Below, one piece after another: positions 27,124 through 37,159 of a stretch of DNA of 64,000 nucleotides. The DNA is from Abditibacteriaceae bacterium (GTDB lineage: Bacteria; Armatimonadota; Abditibacteriia; Abditibacteriales; Abditibacteriaceae). The number at the start of each line of letters is the position of its first letter. Within the stretch, counting starts at the first letter, position 1. The notes under the pieces are model-generated. The model was not told the origin of the DNA and did not search any database. It was given only the letters and a program-made list of their open reading frames with translations. Where the stretch lies: positions 2,176,001-2,240,000 of the forward strand of contig OZ255721.1 of NCBI GenBank assembly GCA_965277285.1. Direction: 5' to 3'. A program made the position numbers and the translations under genes.

Positions 27124-29934
27124 ATGACAAATCTCATGGCCGCTGCGACTTCTTCTCTGCCCGACGATCTCGCGCAAAGTGTGTTGGCGCGGCCTCAATC
27201 GCTGGAGGCGTTTTTCAAGCCGCGCAGCGTCGCCGTAATTGGCGCGAGCGAAACGCCAAACAGCGTCGGTCGCACGATTTTGACGAACCTTTTGGCGAAC
27301 CCGTTTGGCGGAGCGATTTATCCGGTTAATCCCAAGCGACCTGACGTTTTGGGCCTGCGTGCTTATGCTTCGGTGGGCGACATCCCCAACAAAATCGACC
27401 TCGCCGTTGTCGTGACGCCCGCGCCAACCGTGCCGCGCATCATTGCGCAATGTGCCGAAAAAGGCGTGCGCGCCGCGATTGTAATCTCCGCCGGGTTCAA
27501 GGAAACCGGCCCGGAAGGTGCCGAACTGGAACGCCAACTTTTGGAGCAGGCGCGGCAAAGCGGCATGCGCATCATTGGGCCGAACTGTCTGGGCGTGATG
27601 AGTCCTTTGACCGGCTTGAACGCGACGTTTGCGGGCGCGATGGCCAAAGGCGGCAACGTCGCGTTTTTGTCGCAAAGCGGCGCCTTGCTGACCGCGATTC
27701 TTGATCGCAGTTTGCAAGAAGGCGTCGGTTTCAGCGCGTTTCTCAGCTTGGGTTCGATGCTCGATGTCGGATGGGGCGACCTCATCGATTATCTGGGCGA
27801 CGACCCGCACACGCATTCGATTGTGATGTATATGGAAAGCGTCGGCGACGCGCGCGGCTTTTTGTCGGCGGCGCGCGAAGTGGCGCTTTCCAAGCCGATT
27901 ATCGTCATCAAGGCCGGGCGCACGGCGCAGGCGGCGCAGGCGGCGGCTTCGCACACGGGAAGCCTGGCGGGCAGCGATGACGTACTCGATGCGGCGTTCG
28001 AGCGTTGCGGCGTGCTGCGCGTCGATACCATTGAAGAAGTGTTTTCAATGGCGAACGTTCTGGGCCGCCAGCCGCGTCCCAAAGGCCCGCGCTTGTCGAT
28101 TTTGACGAATGCTGGCGGCCCCGGCGTTCTGGCGACGGATGCTTTAATCGCCGCGGGTTGCGAACTGGCGCCGGTTTCGCCGCCCATCATGGACGAGTTG
28201 AACGCTTTGCTGCCCACGCCGTGGAGTCATGGCAACCCGATTGACATTTTGGGCGATGCGAGTGCCGAACGTTATGCGCGCACCGTCGAAATCGTGGCGC
28301 GCGACCAGGCAAGCGACGGTTTGCTGGTGATTTTGACGCCGCAAGCGATGACCGATCCGACGCAAACCGCGCGCGATTTACAACCTTACGCCAAATTAGG
28401 CGGTAAGCCGTTGCTCGCGTCGTGGATGGGTGGCAATGTCGTCGCAAAAGGCGACGAATTATTAAATGCGGCGAATATTCCGACTTTTGCCTATCCTGAC
28501 GCCGCCGCCAAAGCCTTTGCCGCGATGTGGCGCTACAGCGCGAACTTGAAGGCGTTGTATGAAACGCCGTCGCTATTGGACGACACGTTCTCCTCGCAAT
28601 CGAGTACTCGATTGGTGTCGCGTAACGTCGCCGAAGCCATTCTCAACGCGGTTTTGCAAAGCCATCGCACATTGTTGACCGAAGCCGAATCGAAGCAATT
28701 GCTGGCGGCTTACGGCATTCCAACCGTCGAAACGCGCGTTGCGCCGGATGTCGAAAGCGCTGTTCAAGCCGCGCAAGAGATCGGCTTCCCGATTGTTCTA
28801 AAACTGTTTTCAGCAACCATCACCCACAAAACTGATGTCGGCGGCGTCAAGCTGAACCTAAAAAACGAAGATGCTGTGCGCGCCGCTTTCCACGATATTC
28901 AAAACGCGGCGCGCGAAAAAGCCGCCGCGAGCGATTTCGGCGGCGTGACCGTGCAGCCGATGGTCAAACTCGACGGTTACGAACTGATCCTCGGTTCGAG
29001 TTTGGACGCGCAGTTCGGGCCGGTTTTGTTGTTCGGTTCGGGTGGACAGTTGGTGGAAGTTTTCCGTGACAACGCGCTGGCTTTGCCGCCATTGAACACG
29101 ACTTTGGCGCGTCGCATGATGGCGAAAACCAAGATTTACCACGCGCTGCAAGGCGTGCGCGGACGCGCGCCGATTGATCTGGCGGCGCTGGAGCAGTTGA
29201 TGGTGCGCTTTTCTCAATTAGTGGTCGAGCAGCCGCGCATCAAAGAAATCGACATCAATCCTTTGCTGGCTTCGCCCGAAGGCTTGATCGCGTTAGATGC
29301 GCGCGTCGTGCTACATGCGCCCGAAATCGCCGACGAAGATTTGCCGACGTCCGCGATTCGACCTTATCCCTCGCAATATGTCGGCGACTTTCATTTGAGC
29401 GACGGCACGCCGGTCACAATTCGCCCGATCCGCCCCGAAGATGAACCGTCGCTGCGACTTTTCCACGAAACGCTTTCCGAGCACAGCGTGTTGCAGCGCT
29501 ATTTGCAGCCGCTGAATTTGCAGCAGCGCATCGGACACGAACGCATGACGCGCATCTGCTTCAACGATTACGACCGCGAAATCGCCCTTGTTGCCGAAAT
29601 GCCGGATGGTACATCGCTCGATGCTACATCGCTCGATATGAAAGCGCGCGGCGCGAAGATTGTCGGTGTCGCGCGCTTGACCAAACATCGCGGTTTGGAC
29701 GCGGATGGCGCAGCAACTTTCGCGCTGTTAGTTAGCGATGACCAGCAACGTCGCGGCTTGGGAAATGAACTATTGCGGCGCCTGATCGAAGTGGCGCGCG
29801 CCGAAGGAATCCAAAGGTTGCAGGCGGAAACGCTGCTGGGCAATCTGGGAATGCAGGCGACGTGTCACAAACTGGGCTTCGACACGGAAATGTCGCCCAA
29901 TGGCAAGCGCGTGACGCTGACAAAGGAATTGTGA
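27124..29934 (+). CDS. Bifunctional acetate-CoA ligase (ADP-forming)-like / GNAT acetyltransferase (Pat/PatZ-type)
   Basis: [44 protein letters not shown]-terminal GNAT QRRGLG. Confidence 0.92.
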   Translation: MTNLMAAATSSLPDDLAQSVLARPQSLEAFFKPRSVAVIGASETPNSVGRTILTNLLANPFGGAIYPVNPKRPDVLGLRAYASVGDIPNKIDLAVVVTPAPTVPRIIAQCAEKGVRAAIVISAGFKETGPEGAELERQLLEQARQSGMRIIGPNCLGVMSPLTGLNATFAGAMAKGGNVAFLSQSGALLTAILDRSLQEGVGFSAFLSLGSMLDVGWGDLIDYLGDDPHTHSIVMYMESVGDARGFLSAAREVALSKPIIVIKAGRTAQAAQAAASHTGSLAGSDDVLDAAFERCGVLRVDTIEEVFSMANVLGRQPRPKGPRLSILTNAGGPGVLATDALIAAGCELAPVSPPIMDELNALLPTPWSHGNPIDILGDASAERYARTVEIVARDQASDGLLVILTPQAMTDPTQTARDLQPYAKLGGKPLLASWMGGNVVAKGDELLNAANIPTFAYPDAAAKAFAAMWRYSANLKALYETPSLLDDTFSSQSSTRLVSRNVAEAILNAVLQSHRTLLTEAESKQLLAAYGIPTVETRVAPDVESAVQAAQEIGFPIVLKLFSATITHKTDVGGVKLNLKNEDAVRAAFHDIQNAAREKAAASDFGGVTVQPMVKLDGYELILGSSLDAQFGPVLLFGSGGQLVEVFRDNALALPPLNTTLARRMMAKTKIYHALQGVRGRAPIDLAALEQLMVRFSQLVVEQPRIKEIDINPLLASPEGLIALDARVVLHAPEIADEDLPTSAIRPYPSQYVGDFHLSDGTPVTIRPIRPEDEPSLRLFHETLSEHSVLQRYLQPLNLQQRIGHERMTRICFNDYDREIALVAEMPDGTSLDATSLDMKARGAKIVGVARLTKHRGLDADGAATFALLVSDDQQRRGLGNELLRRLIEVARAEGIQRLQAETLLGNLGMQATCHKLGFDTEMSPNGKRVTLTKEL

Positions 29935-30222
29935 CGTGACAAAGCGCGGCCTTTCCTCGCTGCCAGGCTTTGAAGAACGCAAAAATACGGAAAGGGAAAC
30001 CTCAAGCGCGGCGGATTAAACCTCGAATTGACGCTCCAAAAGCGTCGAGCTTTGCGCTCAAAACTAAGGCGCCCTGAACAAGCCACAAAGCGAATTCACG
30101 CGCACAATCGAGTACTCGAGAGAAGTAATAAACGGCGTTCTCGCGCTGCAATTTCAAACAAAAGGTTTGCGACACGGCTTTGATGAAGTTGTAAGATTTG
30201 ACGAAACAGATTCGAGGGAAAA

Positions 30223-30435
30223 GTGGATAAACACAACAGCCTTGTCATAACGAAAATAGCGGTTTTTACTTTGTTCGTAGCTGTCACGTTTTCCGTCGCA
30301 GAGTTTGTGCGCGACACGTGGCATCGCAACCGTTGGTTAGCTCTTCTTATCGCTCTTCCGCTCACGGTCGGCATCATGTGACTGCTCGATTTGTTGGCTG
30401 CATTGATTCAATTTTTCATGCGAGACAAGGCATAG
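30223..30435 (+). pseudogene. Small 2-TM membrane protein ORF interrupted by in-frame TGA at 30379
   Basis: GAGG RBS, GTG start; MDKHNSLVITKIAVFTLFVAVTFSVAEFVRDTWHRNRWLALLIALPLTVGIM*LLDLLAALIQFFMRDKA. Confidence 0.45.
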
Positions 30436-30517
30436 AAATCTAAAAAGTAGCCGCCTTCGGTGCTCTGTTTCATATAATCTTGCTCAGTCATGCAGACAAA
30501 ATATTTGCGATGGAGCT

Positions 30518-31162
30518 TCAGGATTGTGTTTCGTGGTTGAAATCGAGCGGCTTCTGCTCGATATTTTCCCCATTCATTCCGTTGTAATCAGCGCTTTTCA
30601 TCTGTCCGCGATTGAACAGATTTTGCGAACTTTGAGCTTCATTCGCGCCGCCGTTCAGTTCGGCGAGTTCCTGCAAAGATGGCAAATCGTCGATGGAGCG
30701 TAGGCCGAAATTATCGAGGAATTGCGGCGTTGTCGCATAAAGTCGCGGTCGTCCGGGCGCATCTTTGCGACCCGCGAAGGCGAGCAGTTTCTTGTCCAGT
30801 AAGAATTGCAACGAAGCCGCGCAATCGACGCCGCGCAAACCCTCGATTTCGCTGCGCGTAACGGGCTGCCGATAAGCCACAATCGCCAGAACTTCAAAAG
30901 CGGCGCGCGAAAGGCGTTGCTTTTTCTCATCGCGCAGCTTGCTGATGAACGGCGCATATTCCGGTTTGGTGACGATCTGCCAGCCGCCCGCGACTTCGAT
31001 GATAAGCAACGCGCCGATACGTTCTTTTTCTTCGCGCAAGGCATCCAACTCCGCCAACGCCGCGCGCATATCGACGCCCGCAATTTCCGCCAGCTTCTTC
31101 AACGCGACAGGCCGGTCGGATGCGAATAACAACGCTTCAATGATGTCGGTTTTGGAAAGCAT
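30518..31162 (-). CDS. scpB: SMC-Scp complex subunit ScpB
   Basis: IEALLF, EVAGGWQ, LSRAAFEVLAIVAYRQPVTR, GRP.LY.TT..FL..FGL. Confidence 0.97.
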   Translation of the reverse strand: MLSKTDIIEALLFASDRPVALKKLAEIAGVDMRAALAELDALREEKERIGALLIIEVAGGWQIVTKPEYAPFISKLRDEKKQRLSRAAFEVLAIVAYRQPVTRSEIEGLRGVDCAASLQFLLDKKLLAFAGRKDAPGRPRLYATTPQFLDNFGLRSIDDLPSLQELAELNGGANEAQSSQNLFNRGQMKSADYNGMNGENIEQKPLDFNHETQS

Positions 31163-31256
31163 ACAAGGATTGACGATTATGGATTGATCAGTGTCGAGTA
31201 TTCAAAAGTAGTACTTTGTCGTTCAGATTCGGAGTTGTAATCGAAGTTGTCAGTTC

Positions 31257-31318
31257 GTCATTCTGAGCGCAGCGAAGAATCTGATTGACGTTAGATTCTT
31301 CGCTGCGCTCAGAATGAC
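31257..31318. repeat. REP hairpin (GTCATTCTGAGCGCAGCGAAGAATCT family)
   Basis: Perfect 26-bp inverted arms. Confidence 0.9.
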
Positions 31319-31355
31319 AAAGCATTACGTCCGAGTACTCGATATTCATCATTCA

Positions 31356-32324
31356 TCATTTCTTTTTCACCCAAATCTCATCGAACAAACTCAATTGTTC
31401 AATGGAAACGTGGTTGCGGCGAATCAATTCAAGAACGGCCAAAAACGTGATGACGATTTCCAGGCGCGATTCGCAATCGTCGCAGATTTCGTCGAACGAC
31501 AAACCACTTCGAGTACTCGAAACGCGTTTCAAAACGCCGCGCACGCGCTCTTGCAAAGTAAACGGTTCGCGGCGAATTGTCGCAACTGGCGCTTCGGCCT
31601 GACGATCCAGAACTTTTTGCAAAACGCGCAAAAGGTCAAACGTTGAAATGTCGCCTAAAAGCGCGCCGGTTTCTTCGCGCTCGCGCTCTTCCACATCGAA
31701 ATCGTCCAAAGGATTGGCGATTTCTTCCAGCATTTGTGCCACATCCGACGGCAAAGACGGGCGCGCATACAGTGCAGAACGCTCGTCGCGCAAGCTGCGT
31801 AAAGTTTCCGCCGCATCCTGAAAACGCTGATATTCCAACAAGCGATTGACCAGTTCCTGACGCGGATCGATAGACGGATCGTCGTCCATTTCATCTTCGT
31901 TGGCGCTTTGATGTTTGGGCAGCAACATCCGCGATTTGATCGCCATCAAGGTCGCCGCCGTGACAAGAAAATCGCCCGCATATTCCAAATCGAGTTCGTC
32001 CATCAACACGATGAAGTCGATGAACTGGCGCGTCACGTCCGAAATTGGGATGTCGCAAATATCGTAGCGATGGGCGCGTACCAAATACAACAACAAATCG
32101 AGCGGCCCTTCAAAAATCGGCAAACGCACGCGATGACCCGTGAAACGTTCGGGATCGCGCACGCGCGGCTGATCGGGAATCACACTTTCAGGATTTGAAC
32201 TTTCGACCGTTAGACTTCGGGGAATCGAACTTTGCGAAGCATCTTCGAGCGCTGCGAGATCGGTGGATTCGAGTACTCGATCGTCCAAAGATTCGCCTGT
32301 TGGCGCTGCGAACGCTGTCATCAA
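31356..32324 (-). CDS. scpA: Segregation/condensation protein A (kleisin)
   Basis: FEGPLDLLL.L, KSRMLLP, TFLAVLELI. Confidence 0.96.
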   Translation of the reverse strand: MMTAFAAPTGESLDDRVLESTDLAALEDASQSSIPRSLTVESSNPESVIPDQPRVRDPERFTGHRVRLPIFEGPLDLLLYLVRAHRYDICDIPISDVTRQFIDFIVLMDELDLEYAGDFLVTAATLMAIKSRMLLPKHQSANEDEMDDDPSIDPRQELVNRLLEYQRFQDAAETLRSLRDERSALYARPSLPSDVAQMLEEIANPLDDFDVEEREREETGALLGDISTFDLLRVLQKVLDRQAEAPVATIRREPFTLQERVRGVLKRVSSTRSGLSFDEICDDCESRLEIVITFLAVLELIRRNHVSIEQLSLFDEIWVKKK

Positions 32325-33019
32325 AAACCGGCTCCAAGCGCGAAACCGACCAGACGATATGCAAAGTCAGCAAACGGTCGAATAACGATGGAGAAGACGC
32401 CAAAATACGATAGCGCCATCAAGAGCATGAACGAAAAAGGCCGGATCGCCTGAAACAAATCGGCGACGAACGGCGGCCCCAAACCTTCCAAAACGTAATG
32501 CCCGTCAAGCGGTGGAAACGGAAACATGTTGAAGGCCGCCAACACGATATTGACCAAAATCCCTTGTATTAACATGTTGGTGATTACAATGGCCGGTGTC
32601 AAAGGGCCGCTGGCCACATCGTCCAAGCCGTTGCCATACCAGCCGAAATGTTGCGCCAGCACGCGAAACCCGAACAACAACGCGAACCAAATTGGCACTT
32701 GCAGCAAATTGGAAATCGGCCCGGCGATCGCCACCAGCATCGTATCGCGGCGCGGATTGCCCAGATTGCGCGCCTGGAACGGAACCGGCTTCGCCCAGCC
32801 CAATCCGAAGCCGACCAATCGCGTCAAGACGAACATGATCGAGCCGAACGGATCGAGGTGCGCCAAAGGATCAATCGTCAGGCGTCCCATGCGGCGCGGC
32901 GTGTCGTCGCCCAGTTTCACTGCTGTCCACGCGTGCGCAAATTCGTGCAAAGTGAACGCGATGACGAACGCTGGCAGCGACAACAACAAGTCGATAATGC
33001 TGGATTGTAAATTCGTCAT
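32321..33019 (-). CDS. Site-2 protease (M50) family
   Basis: HEFAH, AGPISN, FNMFPFPPLDG. Confidence 0.94.
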   Translation of the reverse strand: MTNLQSSIIDLLLSLPAFVIAFTLHEFAHAWTAVKLGDDTPRRMGRLTIDPLAHLDPFGSIMFVLTRLVGFGLGWAKPVPFQARNLGNPRRDTMLVAIAGPISNLLQVPIWFALLFGFRVLAQHFGWYGNGLDDVASGPLTPAIVITNMLIQGILVNIVLAAFNMFPFPPLDGHYVLEGLGPPFVADLFQAIRPFSFMLLMALSYFGVFSIVIRPFADFAYRLVGFALGAGF

Positions 33020-33078
33020 GGAACGGAAATTTGCGACGAAAACGAACTAAATTGGGAATCGAGTACTCGATTGTCGTG

Positions 33079-33163
33079 AACGAACCCGAAGCGTCAGCGA
33101 CGGGCTTGAGTAAAAGTAACATAGAACTGCAAGTAAGCCCGTCGCTCACGCTGCGGGTTCGTT
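33079..33163. repeat. REP-like hairpin (GAACCCnAAGCGTCAG family)
   Basis: AACGAACCCGAAGCGTCAGCGACGGGCTT ... AAGCCCGTCGCTCACGCTGCGGGTTCGTT. Confidence 0.75.
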
Positions 33164-33173
33164 AGAAGCGAAA

Positions 33174-34517
33174 TTATTTATCGGCGCGCAAGCGTCCAGG
33201 CACTAAATCGTGAGACAATAAATCTTCCAAAGTTTCGCGCTCGACAATGACGTCGGCTTTGCCGTTGTTCACCAAAACGACGGCAGGACGGCGAAAGCGG
33301 TTGTAATTGGAAGCCATCGCCTGATTGTAAGCGCCGGTCGATTGCACCGCCAAGATATCGCCATTTTGCATCGGCGCGACAAGAGTGTTTTCAATTAAGG
33401 TATCGGTTTCGCAATGCTTGCCCGAAATCGTCACTTTCTGGCGCTCGGGGTCATCGGCGTGCGTGGCGTTCAAGCACGAATAGCGCGCTTCATAAAGTGC
33501 CGGACGCGGGTTATCGGAAATGCCGCCATCGACCGCGACATACGTGCGAATGCCAGGCACATCTTTAATGCCGCCGACGGTGTAAAGCGTGACGCCCGCT
33601 TCGCCAACAATCGCGCGGCCTGGCTCAACGTACAAATGCGGAACTTTCAAGCCCAAGCGCGCGCATTCGGCCTGAACCGTTCCAATGACGGCATTGGCGT
33701 ATTCTTCAAAAGTTGGCGGTGTGTCTTCCGGCACGTAACGAATGCCCAAACCGCCGCCCAAATCCAAATCATCGAATTCGCGTCCCAGATCGCTTTTGAT
33801 TTCGCTGAGGAATTCGCACATGATGCGTGCGCCCATGGTGAAGAAATCGGCTTCCAAAATCTGGCTGCCGATATGCGAACTCAGGCCGCGCAAATCGAGG
33901 TTTTGCAGCGACAACGCGAGATTGACGCCGCGCCGCGCCGCGCCGCCTTCGATGTTCATGCCGAACTTGGTATCAGTTTTTCCGACTGCGATGTAACGAT
34001 GCGTATGCGGGTCGACTGGCGGCGTCAGACGTAGCAAAATCGGCTGACGCACGCCAAGAGTACTTGCAATGTTATCCAGCAACATCATTTCATCTTCGTT
34101 ATCGACGATGATGCGCCCGATGCGCGCGCGAACCGCCATTTCCAGTTCGTCGCGCGATTTGTTGTTGCCGTGAAAAACGATGCGCTCGACCGGAAAATCG
34201 GCGCGCAAAGCGGAAATCAATTCGCCCGCAGACGCGACATCGATCATCAAGCCTTCCTGTGCTACAATGCGCGACATCGCCAGGCACGCGAAGGCTTTGC
34301 TGGCGTAAATCACATCGGTTTGCGGATGCAGTTTTTGTAAGGCGCTTTTTAAATCGCGCATGGTCTGGCGAATGTGCGCTTCGTCCATCACATACAAGGG
34401 CGTGCCAAATTCACGCGCCAATTCGAGCGCGTCGCAACCACCGACTTCCAAATGTCCCTGCGCGTTGACGCTCTGCGTTCCCAGTAAAAACACGGTCAAT
34501 TTCTCTCTTTCAAGCAA
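33174..34517 (-). CDS. lysA: Diaminopimelate decarboxylase
   Basis: GTPLYV, YASKA, HGNNKS, HIGSQI, EPGR, HCE.D, GAY...MASNYN. Confidence 0.97.
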   Translation of the reverse strand: MLEREKLTVFLLGTQSVNAQGHLEVGGCDALELAREFGTPLYVMDEAHIRQTMRDLKSALQKLHPQTDVIYASKAFACLAMSRIVAQEGLMIDVASAGELISALRADFPVERIVFHGNNKSRDELEMAVRARIGRIIVDNEDEMMLLDNIASTLGVRQPILLRLTPPVDPHTHRYIAVGKTDTKFGMNIEGGAARRGVNLALSLQNLDLRGLSSHIGSQILEADFFTMGARIMCEFLSEIKSDLGREFDDLDLGGGLGIRYVPEDTPPTFEEYANAVIGTVQAECARLGLKVPHLYVEPGRAIVGEAGVTLYTVGGIKDVPGIRTYVAVDGGISDNPRPALYEARYSCLNATHADDPERQKVTISGKHCETDTLIENTLVAPMQNGDILAVQSTGAYNQAMASNYNRFRRPAVVLVNNGKADVIVERETLEDLLSHDLVPGRLRADK

Positions 34518-34709
34518 ATTACAAGCAATCTTGTGTCACGATTCTTCGTTCTGGACGAAGGAAGTTTAGCACAGCGCAAGGTGCCCTTACCCAAGCGACG
34601 CCGCAGCAAAGTTTATTTCTTCAAGCGCCCGTATCTTTTTCGCGGTGTGCGCGTTAAGTTAGACTCCGCACATGATTTTGATTGATCCAAACAATTTTGA
34701 GGACGTTTC

Positions 34710-35090
34710 ATGAAGATTTTATTTGTGGATGACATTCGAGACACGCGCGAGTTTTTTCGTTTCGCCTTTCAACTCGAGAAAGTCAATGTTCAACTGGCCG
34801 CCAACGGTCAGGAAGCCGTTGAATTAGCGGCCAAAGGCGATTTCGACGCGATTGTAATGGACGTGGAAATGCCCGAAATGAACGGCTGGGACGCCGTGCG
34901 CGCCATTCGCGCCTTGCCTAACGGACACAAGCATCACATCCCAATTTTGATGTACACCGCCGCGATAGACAACGACGTGCGCGCCCACGCTCAAGAAGTC
35001 GGCGCCGATGCTGTCTTATTTAAGCCACTTTTGCCGCGCGAAATCTTGACGCGCATCGAAAAACTGCTGGAAGTCAACGCACAAAGATGA
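34710..35090 (+). CDS. Single-domain response regulator
   Basis: VDD, MDVEMPEMNG, T, KP. Confidence 0.93.
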   Translation: MKILFVDDIRDTREFFRFAFQLEKVNVQLAANGQEAVELAAKGDFDAIVMDVEMPEMNGWDAVRAIRALPNGHKHHIPILMYTAAIDNDVRAHAQEVGADAVLFKPLLPREILTRIEKLLEVNAQR

Positions 35091-35172
35091 GGACGAACAT
35101 TGAAAACGCATCGAGTACTCGAATTGAGTTTCGATGCGTTTTTGTTTGTAGCGTAGGGTTATAATTCCTTCT

Positions 35173-36270
35173 ATGACACGAGTTTTTAATTTCAATGCGG
35201 GGCCAGCCGTTATGCCCTTGCCAGTTTTGGAAGAAGCGCAGCAAGGTTTGGTCGAACTGGCGGGCGCCGGAATGTCCGTCATGGAAATGAGCCATCGCTC
35301 GAAAGCCTTTGAAGCGATTTTGGCGTCCGCGAAAAACCGCCTGCGCGAATTACTGAACCTTCCCGACAACTACCAGATTTTGTTTTTGCAAGGCGGCGCC
35401 AGCTTGCAGTTTTCGATGGTGCCGCTGAATTTGCTGCTATCGAGTACTCGATGCGATTACATTCTGACCGATCAATGGTCGCAAAAAGCCTTGAAAGAAG
35501 CGCAGAAAGTTGCCGACGAACGTGGCGCTCAGGTTCGCGTCGCAGCCTCGACCGAAAGCGATAATTTTAATCGCATTCCGCGCCAGGATGAACTAAATTT
35601 GGACAGCGGCGCGCGTTACGTTCACATCACGACCAACAATACGCTGTTTGGAACGGAATGGCAAAGCGAACCCGACACGGGCAACGTTCCTCTGGTCGCG
35701 GACGCCAGTTCGGACATTCTCAGCCGTCCGATTGACGTTCAAAAATACGGCTTGATTTACGCGGGCGCGCAGAAAAATATCGGGCCATCGGGCGTGACTT
35801 TGGTCATCATCCGCGACGATTTGCTGGAAAACATTCAACCGAAGTTGCCGACAATGCTCGATTATCGCACGCACGTCAAAGGCGATTCGATGTATAACAC
35901 GCCCAATACGTGGGGCATTTACATGATCGATCTGGTCGGCAAATGGCTGCAAGATTTGGGTGGATTATCGGCAATGCGAACGCTAAACGAAGCCAAAGCG
36001 CGCGAACTTTACGCGGCCATTGACACGACCGACTTTTATCGCGGCCACGCGCAACCCGACAGCCGCTCGCTGATGAACGTGACCTTTCGCCTGCCCAACG
36101 AAGATTTGGAAAAACTGTTCGTCAAAGAAGCAACGGCGCAAGGTTTGGACGGTTTAAAAGGCCACCGCGATGTCGGTGGCCTGCGCGCCTCGATTTACAA
36201 CGCCTTTCCACCCGAAGGCGTGACGGCTCTGGTGAACTTTATGCGCGAGTTCGAGAAGTCGCATGGCTAA
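35173..36270 (+). CDS. serC: Phosphoserine aminotransferase
   Basis: FNFNAGPA, SHRS, QGGASLQF, GAQKNIGPSG, GHRDVGGLRASIYNA. Confidence 0.98.
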   Translation: MTRVFNFNAGPAVMPLPVLEEAQQGLVELAGAGMSVMEMSHRSKAFEAILASAKNRLRELLNLPDNYQILFLQGGASLQFSMVPLNLLLSSTRCDYILTDQWSQKALKEAQKVADERGAQVRVAASTESDNFNRIPRQDELNLDSGARYVHITTNNTLFGTEWQSEPDTGNVPLVADASSDILSRPIDVQKYGLIYAGAQKNIGPSGVTLVIIRDDLLENIQPKLPTMLDYRTHVKGDSMYNTPNTWGIYMIDLVGKWLQDLGGLSAMRTLNEAKARELYAAIDTTDFYRGHAQPDSRSLMNVTFRLPNEDLEKLFVKEATAQGLDGLKGHRDVGGLRASIYNAFPPEGVTALVNFMREFEKSHG

Positions 36271-36379
36271 AAGTGGATTCGAGTACTCGAAAGATGATTA
36301 ATCTCTTGGGAAAGTCACACTGAATTTGGCAACGTCAAATTTCGAGATCCATACAAAAACTGTGCGTCAGTAATTTAAG

Positions 36380-36574
36380 GTGCGCCCAATAAAGATATAT
36401 TCCCAGCCAGAAATTGCCTTTATCGTGCTGGTCATGGTCGTGCCTTCTGCTGCAGCTTACTTGTTCAAGGGCAGTTTCTTACCCGTGGCATTTTGCATCG
36501 TGCTCGGCTCAGTGCTTTGAATCATGTACATCTTGTTTATCTGTCATATTGAAGCTAAAAGAAGCATTGATTAA
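36380..36574 (+). pseudogene. Small 2-TM membrane protein ORF interrupted by in-frame TGA at 36518
   Basis: MRPIKIYSQPEIAFIVLVMVVPSAAAYLFKGSFLPVAFCIVLGSVL*IMYILFICHIEAKRSID; start uncertain. Confidence 0.4.
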
Positions 36575-36585
36575 GGAGCGAATTC

Positions 36586-37062
36586 ATGTCTCAAGACGCC
36601 ACATCCAACGATCCCGCTGTGCGCTGGGGTTTGCCCGCCGGATTTCGCCCGACAATTTCGCCCGTACCGGACGAACTTAAGGAAATGTTGCGCGAAATGC
36701 TGCGTCCCAACGAGCCGATTATCGCGGCTTTGGGCAATGAAGGCGACACGATTTTCATCGTCGCTTCGACACAGCGTTTGTTCAGTGCAAGGCGCGGCGC
36801 CACAGCGGGCGTGACGGGTTGGACAATCAAAGAATACGAATGGGCAGCGATTGCCGACATGAAAATGCAGACCGCTTCGATGAACGTGCGCATCGTGATT
36901 TCTTTCCATTCGCGCGATGGTCGCACGCCCGAAAGCGGCCCGCGCGCCAAGCAATGGAAACTTCACACCGATTCGCTGGCGCCCTTTGAAATCGCGCGTG
37001 GCAGCGAACTTTACGAAGCCATTCAAAGCGTCTGGATTCATAAAACACGCGGCGAGAATTGA
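36586..37062 (+). CDS. Hypothetical protein, bacterial PH-like domain
   Basis: AAGGAG RBS; L...E.I...G....VAS.QRL pattern. Confidence 0.65.
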   Translation: MSQDATSNDPAVRWGLPAGFRPTISPVPDELKEMLREMLRPNEPIIAALGNEGDTIFIVASTQRLFSARRGATAGVTGWTIKEYEWAAIADMKMQTASMNVRIVISFHSRDGRTPESGPRAKQWKLHTDSLAPFEIARGSELYEAIQSVWIHKTRGEN

Positions 37063-37155
37063 ATTAACCGCCAAGGGCACCAAGATTTAGAAACTGATTT
37101 CGAGTACTCGAATCTCTTTTTCTTCTTGGCGCTTTTGGCGTTTTGGCGGTTAATT
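37062..37155. repeat. REP-like hairpin (AACCGCCAAG family) enclosing a palindrome copy, between convergent genes
   Basis: AATTAACCGCCAA ... TTGGCGGTTAATT. Confidence 0.65.
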
Positions 37156-37159
37156 GTTT

